This document shows, one piece after another, positions 8,867-18,026 of a stretch of DNA of 64,000 nt; the stretch's first letter is position 1, and every line of letters starts with the position of its first letter. The stretch is from assembly GCA_964537895.1 (NCBI GenBank), contig CAZIDK010000002.1:82684-146683 (forward strand), written 5' to 3'. The notes under the pieces were generated by a model. The model did not search any database. It had not been told where the DNA came from and saw only the letters and a list, made by a program, of their open reading frames with translations. Source of the DNA: an uncultured Gammaproteobacteria bacterium (GTDB taxonomy: Bacteria > Patescibacteriota > Microgenomatia > Levybacterales > UBA12049). Made by a program: the position numbers and the translations under genes.

Positions 8867-9480
8867 CCAAAGATTTCACCAGCAAGCATTACGCAGTCAG
8901 AACTTACGAGAAAATGAAAGAGGTTCTAATGGATCCTACTGCTCCTGGTCCGGAAGTTCAATACCACATGGTTCGCGGAGGAACCAATCAGCGTAATATT
9001 ACAATTTGGGAACCAGGGAAAGTTGGAAAAGAATACATTAAAACTTACGGACATTATCATATAGGCAAATTAGACGAAACGTATTGGACAATTTTTGGAG
9101 AAGGTGTTGTGCTTGTTCAAAAAAGAGCCGCAGACGCAAACGGTAATCCTGTTGATGACGAAATTGAGCAAGCTTATGCTGTTCATGTTAAGCCTGGAGA
9201 CAGTCTTTTCATACCTTCCGAATGGGGCCATTTAGTGGCAAATATTTCAGATACTTATTTTGTAACCGCCGATGACTCCCCTGTTAACTTTGATGAGGAA
9301 AATCCGGTATCCTTTCCGGGACACGCAGATTACGAGGCCGTAAAGAAAATGCAGGGGTTTTGTTATTATATAGTTGAAGAAAATGGTAAGCCAGCTCTTG
9401 TAAAAAACCCAAGGTATAAGAGAATTCCTCAAATTGAAATCATAGAAGCAAGCGAATATCCTCTCAAAAAAAGTAAGTAA
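8863..9480 (+). CDS. Cupin-type (archaeal-like) glucose-6-phosphate isomerase
   Basis: PGKVGKEYIKTYGHYH, ETY....GEG, IP..WGH...N. Confidence 0.8.
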   Translation: MTKDFTSKHYAVRTYEKMKEVLMDPTAPGPEVQYHMVRGGTNQRNITIWEPGKVGKEYIKTYGHYHIGKLDETYWTIFGEGVVLVQKRAADANGNPVDDEIEQAYAVHVKPGDSLFIPSEWGHLVANISDTYFVTADDSPVNFDEENPVSFPGHADYEAVKKMQGFCYYIVEENGKPALVKNPRYKRIPQIEIIEASEYPLKKSK

Positions 9481-9526
9481 GCGAAAACTGCTTGATTTAT
9501 TTATCAATCCCTTTCATAATCATATT

Positions 9527-11800
9527 ATGACTGCCAAATCGAGGTTTGTTGCGTGGTTTTCCGAAGTGGATAAAGAGGACGTAGCGTTAGTCGGAGGGAA
9601 AGGTGCAAATTTAGGTGAAATGACAAAAGCTAAATTTCCAGTCCCCAACGGTTTTATTATAACATCCGAGGCTTACTACGCTTTTATAAGAGAAAACAAT
9701 TTCTCTGTAAAAATAAAGCACCTTTTAGAGACTGCAAATTTTGATAAACCCGATTCCTTATCGCAGGTTTCAACGCATATAAAAAAACTGATAATTGATG
9801 GTAAATTATCAAAGGAATTGGTCGGAGACGTTTTTAGAGCTTACAGTAAGCTTGGGACAGTTTTTGACGACACCCTCGTCGCGGTAAGATCTTCAGCAAC
9901 TGCCGAGGACCTTGCTAATGCCTCATTTGCCGGACAGCAGGAAACATTTTTGAATGTTAAAGGCGAAGCGGTGCTTTTGGAAAAAATTAAAGAAGGCTGG
10001 GCTTCGCTTTTTAATGCCCGGGCACTTTTTTACAGGCACGAGCAGCATTTTGACAATTTAAAAATTGGAATTGCGCTGGTTGTACAGAGAATGGTTGAAT
10101 CTGAAAAATCAGGAATAATGTTTACACTGGATCCTGTTACAAATGATAAATCAAAAATTGTAATTGAGGCAATTTACGGATTAGGGGAATTAATTGTGCA
10201 GGGGCAAGAAAATCCCGACCACTATGAAGTGTTAAAAAACGACTTTTCGATTATTTCTAAAAAAGCGGTATTGCAGAAAAAAATGCTTAAAAAAGTTGGT
10301 GCTAAAAATAAAGAGATTAAACTTACTAAATCCCAAGGCGGACACCAAAAATTGTCGGACAAAGAAATTATCGGATTGGCAAAGTTAGGCGAAAGATTGG
10401 AAAAACATTATTATTTTCCCCAAGATATTGAATGGGCAATTGAAAAAAATAAACTTTTTATTGTTCAAACAAGAGCAGTTACAACCGTAAATGAAAAAAA
10501 GCAAACAAAAAAAGCTATTGATGAAATCGCCAACACATCAAGAATACCGATATTAAAAGGCGATCCGGCAAGTCCGGGAATAGCCGCAGGTCCTGTCAGA
10601 ATTATTAAAAGTGCTAAGGAAATAGGCAAAGTAATGCCCGGAGAAGTTTTAGTTGCGCCTCAAACAAATCCTGATTATGTTCCGGCGATGAAAAAGGCCG
10701 TTGCCATTGTTACGGATAGCGGGGGAAGAACTTCACACGCGGCAATAGTCTCAAGGGAACTCGGAATTCCGGCAATTGTCGGTACCCAAAAGGCAACAAA
10801 AATTTTAAAACAAGGAGAGGTAGTAACCGTAAACGGCACAAAAGGCGAGATTTATAAAGGCGGACACTTAACTTCAAATGTAAACATAAACACAATTAAT
10901 CCCGAAGATTTTATAAAAACCGCTACTAAAGTTTACGTAAACTTGGCGGAACCGGAACTTGCGGAAAAAATCGCACAGCAAAATGTAGACGGAGTAGGAC
11001 TTTTAAGAGCCGAGTTTATGATGGCCGGTATTGGAATTCATCCTAAAAAATTGATCAGGGAGGGAAAAAAACAGCTATTTATCGAAAAACTAGCTAACGA
11101 CTTGGAAATGTTTTGCAAGCCTTTTAACCCGAGGCCGGTTGTTTATAGAGCCTCCGACTTTAAAACAAATGAATACAGATCGCTGATTGGAGGTAGGGAC
11201 TTCGAGCCCGAAGAACCAAATCCGATGCTAGGCTATAGGGGTGTATACCGGTATATTCATGATCCGGAAGTTTTTGAACTGGAGCTTGAAGCGATTAAAA
11301 TTGTCAGGAATAAAAAAGGATACAGAAATTTATGGCTGATGCTTCCTTTTGTAAGAACGGTCAAGGAACTTGAGGAAGTTAAGAAGATTATCAATATTTC
11401 CGGATTGCAGCGTTCCCCTACTTTTAAACTCTGGATGATGGTAGAAATTCCTTCTAACGTGATACTGCTTGAAGATTTCATTAAAGCGGGCATTGACGGA
11501 GTTTCAATCGGCTCTAATGATTTGACAATGCTGCTTTTAGGAACAGACCGGGATAACAGCGAAGTCGCATCGGAATTTAGCGAACTTAATCCTGCTGTGA
11601 TGTGGGCTTTTGAGCGCGTTATAAAAACTGCCCGCAAAACCGGAATTACCGCTTCTATTTGCGGGCAGGCAGTGTCAACATACCCTTTGCTTGTTGAAAA
11701 ATTAGTTTCTTGGGGAGTGACAAGTGTATCCATATCTCCGGACGCAGCCGACAGTACGAGAAAATTAATTTCCGAAACTGAGAAAAAAGTGATAAATTAA
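9527..11800 (+). CDS. ppsA: Phosphoenolpyruvate synthase
   Basis: VGGKGANLGEM, AVRSSATAEDL, GGRTSHAAIVSRELG, GVGLLRAEF, SIGSNDLT. Confidence 0.95.
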   Translation: MTAKSRFVAWFSEVDKEDVALVGGKGANLGEMTKAKFPVPNGFIITSEAYYAFIRENNFSVKIKHLLETANFDKPDSLSQVSTHIKKLIIDGKLSKELVGDVFRAYSKLGTVFDDTLVAVRSSATAEDLANASFAGQQETFLNVKGEAVLLEKIKEGWASLFNARALFYRHEQHFDNLKIGIALVVQRMVESEKSGIMFTLDPVTNDKSKIVIEAIYGLGELIVQGQENPDHYEVLKNDFSIISKKAVLQKKMLKKVGAKNKEIKLTKSQGGHQKLSDKEIIGLAKLGERLEKHYYFPQDIEWAIEKNKLFIVQTRAVTTVNEKKQTKKAIDEIANTSRIPILKGDPASPGIAAGPVRIIKSAKEIGKVMPGEVLVAPQTNPDYVPAMKKAVAIVTDSGGRTSHAAIVSRELGIPAIVGTQKATKILKQGEVVTVNGTKGEIYKGGHLTSNVNINTINPEDFIKTATKVYVNLAEPELAEKIAQQNVDGVGLLRAEFMMAGIGIHPKKLIREGKKQLFIEKLANDLEMFCKPFNPRPVVYRASDFKTNEYRSLIGGRDFEPEEPNPMLGYRGVYRYIHDPEVFELELEAIKIVRNKKGYRNLWLMLPFVRTVKELEEVKKIINISGLQRSPTFKLWMMVEIPSNVILLEDFIKAGIDGVSIGSNDLTMLLLGTDRDNSEVASEFSELNPAVMWAFERVIKTARKTGITASICGQAVSTYPLLVEKLVSWGVTSVSISPDAADSTRKLISETEKKVIN

Positions 11801-11803
11801 ATT

Positions 11804-13063
11804 ATGGCCAAAATAAAACAAATAGCAGCCCGGGAAATACTTAATTCAAAAGGCATGCCTACGGTTGAAACAACGGTAATATTGAATGACGGTAAAATTG
11901 GTACTGCGTCTACTCCTACGGGCACATCCGTAGGCAATTACGAAGCCAGCGAGCTAAGGGACAGAGATGATAAGCATTTCCAAGGCAATGGCGTTTTAAA
12001 ACCAATCGCCAATATCGAAGATCTTATTGCTCCTAATATTCTTGGTATGGAAGCTACAAAACAGCACGAAATAGACAAAAAAATGATTGAACTGGACGGA
12101 ACCCAGAATAAAGGCAGGCTCGGTTCAAATGCCATGCTTTCCGTATCCATGGCTGTTGCAAAAGCCGCAGCCAAAAGCGCGTTACTGCCTACTTTCTTGT
12201 ATTTACGGGAGTTTATTAATAAGGAGAACACTTCCGTTAAAATTCCGACCCCCGCTTTTAATATTTTAAACGGCGGAAAACATGCGGGAGACAATACGGA
12301 TTTTCAGGAATATATGGTTGTACCCGCTTCGTCGAAAACATATAGCGAGTCTTTAGACATGGCAGTTGTTTTATATAATTCTCTTAGGAAAATTTTAGAA
12401 CAGAACAACTTCTCTACTCTGGTTGGGGACGAAGGCGGATTTGCACCTAAGCTTCAGGCAAATAGAGATGGTTTGGATGTAATGAAACAGGCAATTGATG
12501 CAACTCCGTTTAGATACGGATTTGATGTATTTTTAGGCCTGGACGTTGCCGCTACCAACTTTTTTCAGGGAGGGAAGTACCACATTAAAGATAAAACTAT
12601 GCCACTTTCTTCGGATGCTCTTATTGAATATTACGAGGAGCTAAACAAAGAGTTTCATCTGCTTTATTTGGAAGATCCTTTAGCCCAAGATGATTGGAAC
12701 GGCTGGTCTAAAATATACAGCTTAATATCACAGCAGACATTAATAGTCGGCGATGACCTAACCGCTACAAATCCCTATAGACTCCAGATGGCTCTTGATA
12801 AAAAAACCATAACAGGAATTGTTATTAAACCAAACCAAATAGGAACGGTAATCGAGGCAATGGCTGTTGTTGAGGTTGCAAGACAAGCAGGAATTAAGAT
12901 TATTGTTTCACACCGAAGCGGAGAAACAAACGATGATTTTATAGCCGATTTTGCTGTTGCAGTATCTGCGGATTACGTAAAATTTGGAGCGCCGGTTAGG
13001 GGCGAAAGAGTCGCTAAGTACAACCGGTTGCTGGAAATTGAAAGAGAAATTAAATTGCTATAG
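11804..13063 (+). CDS. eno: Enolase
   Basis: NGGKHA, VGDEGGFAP, VGDDL, SHRSGET, ERVAKYNRLL. Confidence 0.97.
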   Translation: MAKIKQIAAREILNSKGMPTVETTVILNDGKIGTASTPTGTSVGNYEASELRDRDDKHFQGNGVLKPIANIEDLIAPNILGMEATKQHEIDKKMIELDGTQNKGRLGSNAMLSVSMAVAKAAAKSALLPTFLYLREFINKENTSVKIPTPAFNILNGGKHAGDNTDFQEYMVVPASSKTYSESLDMAVVLYNSLRKILEQNNFSTLVGDEGGFAPKLQANRDGLDVMKQAIDATPFRYGFDVFLGLDVAATNFFQGGKYHIKDKTMPLSSDALIEYYEELNKEFHLLYLEDPLAQDDWNGWSKIYSLISQQTLIVGDDLTATNPYRLQMALDKKTITGIVIKPNQIGTVIEAMAVVEVARQAGIKIIVSHRSGETNDDFIADFAVAVSADYVKFGAPVRGERVAKYNRLLEIEREIKLL

Positions 13064-13759
13064 ATGGAAAAGTACCACAAACTCCCCCTTAGGTTTATTT
13101 TTATTAAAATGCAGTAGAGCTTCGGATATTTTTTCTTTCCTTACCTCCTCATAAATTTTCGTTAGTTCCCTGGCTGTAACTATATCAATGTCGCCGAAAA
13201 TTTCCTTTAATTCTTCTAGTGTTTTAATCAATCTAAACGGTGATTCAAAAAATATTACCGTTTGCTTAACAGCTTCCACTGCAATTTTAATATTTTTAAA
13301 TAAATCAGTTTTGTGGCCGGGTTTTTTAGGCAGAAAACCAATAAACATAAATTTGTCCGTTGGCAGTCCGGAACTAACAAGCGCCGTGATAACAGAAGAT
13401 GGTCCGGGAATTGCTTCTACTTTAATTTTCTCTTTAACACATTCTCTCACTAATTTAAAGCCCGGATCGGAAATGGTCGGTGTTCCCGCGTCCGAAACTA
13501 AAGCAAAATTAAAATCTTTTTTAAGTAGGTCGATTATTTCCGGTATTCTTTTGGGTTCGTTTTCTTCATAGTAAGATACCAGTTTTGCTTTATTTTTAAA
13601 CTCGGGAAATTTCTTTGCAATTGACCTAAGAAGGGTAGACGTTGTTCTTGTATCTTCACACAAAATAAAATCTACCAAGTCAAGGATATCAACAGCTCTT
13701 AAGCTAATATCTTGTAAATTCCCTATAGGAGTTGCAACAACAAAAAGAGTACCATTCAT
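13058..13759 (-). CDS. rsmI: 16S rRNA (cytidine1402-2'-O)-methyltransferase
   Basis: VATPIGNLQDIS, CEDTR, SDAGTPTISDPG, ARELTKIYEE. Confidence 0.95.
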   Translation of the reverse strand: MNGTLFVVATPIGNLQDISLRAVDILDLVDFILCEDTRTTSTLLRSIAKKFPEFKNKAKLVSYYEENEPKRIPEIIDLLKKDFNFALVSDAGTPTISDPGFKLVRECVKEKIKVEAIPGPSSVITALVSSGLPTDKFMFIGFLPKKPGHKTDLFKNIKIAVEAVKQTVIFFESPFRLIKTLEELKEIFGDIDIVTARELTKIYEEVRKEKISEALLHFNKNKPKGEFVVLFHL

Positions 13760-13825
13760 TAAGTTGCATTATATCAAAACACACTCTTTGTACTATATTT
13801 TATGATTTTCTGGTATAATTTTTAA

Positions 13826-14524
13826 ATGGAAATTTTCAGTACGCTTTTGCACTTTGACGAAGCACTTGTCACAATTATTAACCTCTTTGGACCCTTAACT
13901 TATGTAATTCTTTTTGCAATTGTATTTGCTGAAACAGGATTAGTAATTACTCCATTCTTACCAGGCGATTCTCTTCTTTTTGCAGTTGGAACTTTGGCCG
14001 GGGGAAATTACTTAAATATCTGGATTGTTTACCCTACGCTTCTTGCAGCGGCAATTATTGGAGACACGGTTAATTACTGGCTTGGACATCATTTAGGAAG
14101 CCGTGTATTTACAAAGGAAAATTCAAGAATCTTCAAAAAGTCATATTTAGAAAAAACTAGTGAGTTTTATGCAAAACACGGTGGAAAGACAATAATACTT
14201 GCCCGCTTTGTTCCTTTGATTAGGACCTTTGCTCCTTTTGTCGCAGGCGTTGGTAAAATGCATTATAAAACCTTCCTCTCATATAATGTAGTAGGAGCTT
14301 TTTTATGGGTTACCAGCTTAACTTTTGCGGGTTTCTTCTTTGGACAAATGCCATTAATTAGAGAGAACTTTGAGTATGCAGTAATTGGTATTATCCTTAT
14401 TTCTCTTCTTCCGGTTGTAATTGAATTTGTTAAACATAAGCTGTCAAAGAAAACTATTAAAGAGAAAGAAACTTCATACCAGGAAATCCAGGAGATGTTT
14501 AAGAAAGAGCATCTAAACGATTAA
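13826..14524 (+). CDS. DedA family membrane protein
   Basis: FAETGL..PFLPGDSLLF, ARFVP.IRTFAPFVAG. Confidence 0.93.
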   Translation: MEIFSTLLHFDEALVTIINLFGPLTYVILFAIVFAETGLVITPFLPGDSLLFAVGTLAGGNYLNIWIVYPTLLAAAIIGDTVNYWLGHHLGSRVFTKENSRIFKKSYLEKTSEFYAKHGGKTIILARFVPLIRTFAPFVAGVGKMHYKTFLSYNVVGAFLWVTSLTFAGFFFGQMPLIRENFEYAVIGIILISLLPVVIEFVKHKLSKKTIKEKETSYQEIQEMFKKEHLND

Positions 14525-14526
14525 AA

Positions 14527-15156
14527 CTATTCAAATCTTCTGACAAGACCCACAACCTTACCTTGAATTACCAAAGAATTTGGATAAATAGGTTCCATTT
14601 CCGAATTGGCGGGTTTAAGAACAACTCTGCCGTTTTCTTTATAATACATTTTTAATGTTGCGAGATTGTCGTCAACTATTGCAACCACGATGTCTCCGTT
14701 ATCGGCAACGTTTACTCTTTCTATAACCACATAATCTCCATCAAGTATTCCCTCTTCAATCATTGAGTTTCCCTTAACCTGTAATGAGTAAGCGGTCTTT
14801 GCGCCAGTAATCATCGTTGCGGAAACAAATATCGAAGCGTTGGGGTCTGTGTGGGGTTCCAGAGGCATTCCGGCGGCGATAAAGCCCATCAGGGGAAGTT
14901 CTATTGCCGGTTGGCTTCCCAGCATAGATAAAGTTACTTTTTCATCAATAATTTTAAGAACCCTTGTATTCCCTTCTACTTTTTTAATATACCCTTTTTC
15001 TACCAAGGATTTTATTAATGTGTGGACCGTGGAATTGCTTTTGTGGCTGGTTGCTTTTGCTATTTCGGCAAGTGTAGGAGAATAGCCGTACTGCCTTTGG
15101 AACTGGGCAAGAAACTCTAATACTTCTCTTTCTTTTTTATATAATACTCCGGGCAT
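14527..15156 (-). CDS. lexA: SOS repressor LexA
   Basis: GYSPTLAEIA wHTH, IAAG.P cleavage site, VKGNSM, ATLK. Confidence 0.93.
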   Translation of the reverse strand: MPGVLYKKEREVLEFLAQFQRQYGYSPTLAEIAKATSHKSNSTVHTLIKSLVEKGYIKKVEGNTRVLKIIDEKVTLSMLGSQPAIELPLMGFIAAGMPLEPHTDPNASIFVSATMITGAKTAYSLQVKGNSMIEEGILDGDYVVIERVNVADNGDIVVAIVDDNLATLKMYYKENGRVVLKPANSEMEPIYPNSLVIQGKVVGLVRRFE

Positions 15157-15182
15157 ATAATTTGTTTTGGAAAAATCAAATT

Positions 15183-15203
15183 ACGCTGAGCGCAGTCGAA
15201 GTG
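15183..15203 (+). repeat. Single TGAG-N5-TCGAA REP-like unit in the lexA leader
   Basis: CGC-TGAG-CGCAG-TCGAA-GTG, same loop as the elements at 24663 and 35457. Confidence 0.5.
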
Positions 15204-15312
15204 AGTGATTAATCCGTATGTATATTTTATACGAAAAATAGTAGAATAATGTCAATACCACATTTTAATACAAACTGAGTCAATAATTCTATTTATGATA
15301 GAATAACAAACT

Positions 15313-17334
15313 ATGAAATTTAAGTTAGTTTCAGATTTTAAGCCTACAGGCGACCAGCCCCAAGCCATAGAAAAACTTACCAAAGGACTTTTGAATAACT
15401 ACAAAAATCAGGTTCTTTTGGGGGTTACGGGAAGCGGAAAAACTTTTACCATGGCAAACGTTATTGAAAAAGTGCAGAAACCAACCTTGGTTATTTCTCA
15501 CAATAAAACCCTGGCGGCGCAGCTTTATCAGGAATTTAGGGATTTTTTTCCCAACAACTCCGTTTGCTATTTTGTTTCTTATTACGATTATTACCAGCCC
15601 GAAGCCTATATCCCCCAAAGCGATACTTATATAGAAAAAGAGGTTCAGATAAATGAGGAGATAGATAAACTTAGACTTTCTGCAACTACAAACCTTCTAA
15701 CAAGAAAGGATGTCATAGTTGTAGCCAGCGTTTCCTGTATTTACAATCTTGGTTCCCCAATTGAGTACGGAAAATTTGTTCTTGAGCTTAAAACAGGCGT
15801 TAAGCTTGACCAGAAAGCTATTCTATTACGGCTTACCGATTTGCAATACGAAAGAAACGATTATGCTTTTGAAAGGGGAAGTTTTAGAATTAGAGGTGAG
15901 GACATAGACTTATTTCCGGCATATTTAGATTCAGGTATAAGAATTTCCATAACAAACGGGAAAATAAAAAAAATAGTTGAATTTGATGCTTTAACCGGAG
16001 ACCCGCATAAAATGCTCGATTCTACGGTAATATACCCTGCAAAACATTACATGACTGATCCCATTACTTATCAGGATGTATTCCCGCAAATTAGAGAAGA
16101 TTTATCTAAACAAGTAAAAATGTTTAAAGGGCAAGGAAAGCTTTTGGAAGCGCAGAGGATTAGTCAACGAACAAACTATGACTTGGAGATGATTCAGGAG
16201 TTAGGGTTTGTTAACGGAATCGAAAACTACTCAAGATATTTTGACGGCCGAAAACAGGGGCAGCCCCCCTACTCTCTCCTAAATTATTTTGATGCCTGCG
16301 CTTCCGATTGGCTGACGATTATTGACGAGTCTCATATTACAATTCCGCAGATTAGGGGTATGTATAATGGGGATAAGGCCAGGAAAGAAACCTTAATCGA
16401 TTATGGCTTTAGGCTTCCTTCTGCGCTTGATAACCGACCCTTAAGGTTTGAAGAATTTATGCGAAAAATTAATAAAACCGTTTACGTCAGCGCTACTCCC
16501 GACGAATATGAATTATCCCTTGCTCAGTCAACCTACGAGGTCGGACGCACGGGACCTCGTAGGTTGGAATCTGCAATTGTAGAGCAATTAATAAGGCCGA
16601 CAGGACTTGTAGACCCTAAAGTTGTCGTCAAGCCGACAAAAGGACAAGTCGAAGACTTAATAACGGAAATCAAAAAGCGGGTTAGGAAAAAACAAAGAGT
16701 TTTAGTTACCACTCTTACTAAAAGAATGGCGGAAGACTTGTCTTCGTATCTTGAGGAAAGAGATGTAAAAGTTTCATATCTTCATTCGGATATTGAAACC
16801 CTAAAAAGACAGGACGTTTTAGATAGGCTAAGGCATGGAGAATGCGATGTTTTAGTCGGAATTAACCTCTTAAGGGAAGGTTTGGATTTGCCAGAAGTCG
16901 CTCTTGTTGCGATTTTAGACGCTGATAAAGAGGGATTTTTACGAAGCCGTACTGCTTTAATTCAAACTATGGGAAGAGCGGCCAGGAACATAGATTCACA
17001 AGTTATTATGTATGCCGACAATATGACAGGTTCTATGAAGGCGGCAATTGAAGAAGTTGAAAGAAGGCGTGAAGTTCAGCTTGCATATAATAAGAAACAC
17101 AATATAACTCCAAAAACCATTGAAAAAATTATCAGAACAAAATTGATCGACCAGGAACAGCGCCAGGACGAAATAAATTATTTACTGACGCTTTCTAAAA
17201 AAGAAGTTCTTTTACCGGACGATAAAGAAAAATTAATTAAAAGACTATCTAAAGAAATGCGTGAAGCCGCAAAGGAGCTGGACTTTGAAACCGCAACAAT
17301 CTTGCGAGACCAAATAAAACTCCTCAAGCAGTGA
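15313..17334 (+). CDS. uvrB: Excinuclease ABC subunit B
   Basis: GVTGSGKT, YYDYYQPEAY, DESH, GINLLREGLD, C-terminal UVR coil. Confidence 0.98.
   Translation: MKFKLVSDFKPTGDQPQAIEKLTKGLLNNYKNQVLLGVTGSGKTFTMANVIEKVQKPTLVISHNKTLAAQLYQEFRDFFPNNSVCYFVSYYDYYQPEAYIPQSDTYIEKEVQINEEIDKLRLSATTNLLTRKDVIVVASVSCIYNLGSPIEYGKFVLELKTGVKLDQKAILLRLTDLQYERNDYAFERGSFRIRGEDIDLFPAYLDSGIRISITNGKIKKIVEFDALTGDPHKMLDSTVIYPAKHYMTDPITYQDVFPQIREDLSKQVKMFKGQGKLLEAQRISQRTNYDLEMIQELGFVNGIENYSRYFDGRKQGQPPYSLLNYFDACASDWLTIIDESHITIPQIRGMYNGDKARKETLIDYGFRLPSALDNRPLRFEEFMRKINKTVYVSATPDEYELSLAQSTYEVGRTGPRRLESAIVEQLIRPTGLVDPKVVVKPTKGQVEDLITEIKKRVRKKQRVLVTTLTKRMAEDLSSYLEERDVKVSYLHSDIETLKRQDVLDRLRHGECDVLVGINLLREGLDLPEVALVAILDADKEGFLRSRTALIQTMGRAARNIDSQVIMYADNMTGSMKAAIEEVERRREVQLAYNKKHNITPKTIEKIIRTKLIDQEQRQDEINYLLTLSKKEVLLPDDKEKLIKRLSKEMREAAKELDFETATILRDQIKLLKQ
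16529..16566. repeat. Perfect 14-bp-stem palindrome inserted in frame in uvrB
   Basis: CAACCTACGAGGTC-10 nt-GACCTCGTAGGTTG, encoding STYEVGRTGPRRL. Confidence 0.85.
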
Positions 17335-17686
17335 TGTTTTCTATGTGTTCTATATTTGAAACCTGATTGTTTGAACTTAAATCAATAAGAATAGCATCAA
17401 TCCGCATGGCTTCGGGTAGTCTTGGATGGAGCATTTTGTAAAATTGCGCTGTTTTTACTAGACTTTTAATTTTATGATAAGTAATTGATTCAATTGCTCC
17501 TCCGTATAGGTCTGACGTTCTTGTTTTTACTTCAATGAAAACTAAAGTATTGTCTTTAATACAAATGATATCTATTTCTCCATAACCTTTTCTAAAGTTT
17601 CTTTCAATTATTTTGTAGCCTTTGTTTTTGAGGTAATTTGTAGCAATTTCTTCTCCAAGCTTGGCAGTGGGATTGGAAATTAACAT
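17324..17686 (-). CDS. yraN: YraN/UPF0102 family PD-(D/E)XK nuclease-like protein
   Basis: GEEIA..YL..KGY.I.ERN, GEIDII, LVFIEVKTR. Confidence 0.9.
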   Translation of the reverse strand: MLISNPTAKLGEEIATNYLKNKGYKIIERNFRKGYGEIDIICIKDNTLVFIEVKTRTSDLYGGAIESITYHKIKSLVKTAQFYKMLHPRLPEAMRIDAILIDLSSNNQVSNIEHIENITA

Positions 17687-17694
17687 TTAAAATT

Positions 17695-17982
17695 TTAATT
17701 ATTCTTTTTTTCCCTAAGATAATAAAGTTTTGCCCTTCTTACTTTTTCCTTTAAGTGTCCTTTAACTTCTACTTTATCTATATTGGGTGTATTAACGGGG
17801 AATATTCTTTCTACGGCAATGCTTCCCACTGTTTTTCTAACAGTAAAGGATTTGTTTACATCTCTGCCTTTAATCTTTATTACAACTCCTTCGAAAACTT
17901 GAATTCTTGTTTTTTCTCCTTCTTTAATTTTTTGGTGAACTCGAACGATATCGCCGGGGACAAAGTTAATATTAGTTATCAT
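17695..17982 (-). CDS. rplS: 50S ribosomal protein L19
   Basis: [31 protein letters not shown]. Confidence 0.97.
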   Translation of the reverse strand: MITNINFVPGDIVRVHQKIKEGEKTRIQVFEGVVIKIKGRDVNKSFTVRKTVGSIAVERIFPVNTPNIDKVEVKGHLKEKVRRAKLYYLREKKNN

Positions 17983-18026
17983 AACAATACAGTATTATAG
18001 CGTAATTTAATTAACATCTCAAGGAA

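Noticed and set aside
15157-15312. LexA box between divergent lexA and uvrB
   Set aside because: Expected from context, but I see no convincing palindrome of the GAAC-N4-GTTC or CTGT-N8-ACAG type, so no site can be supported.
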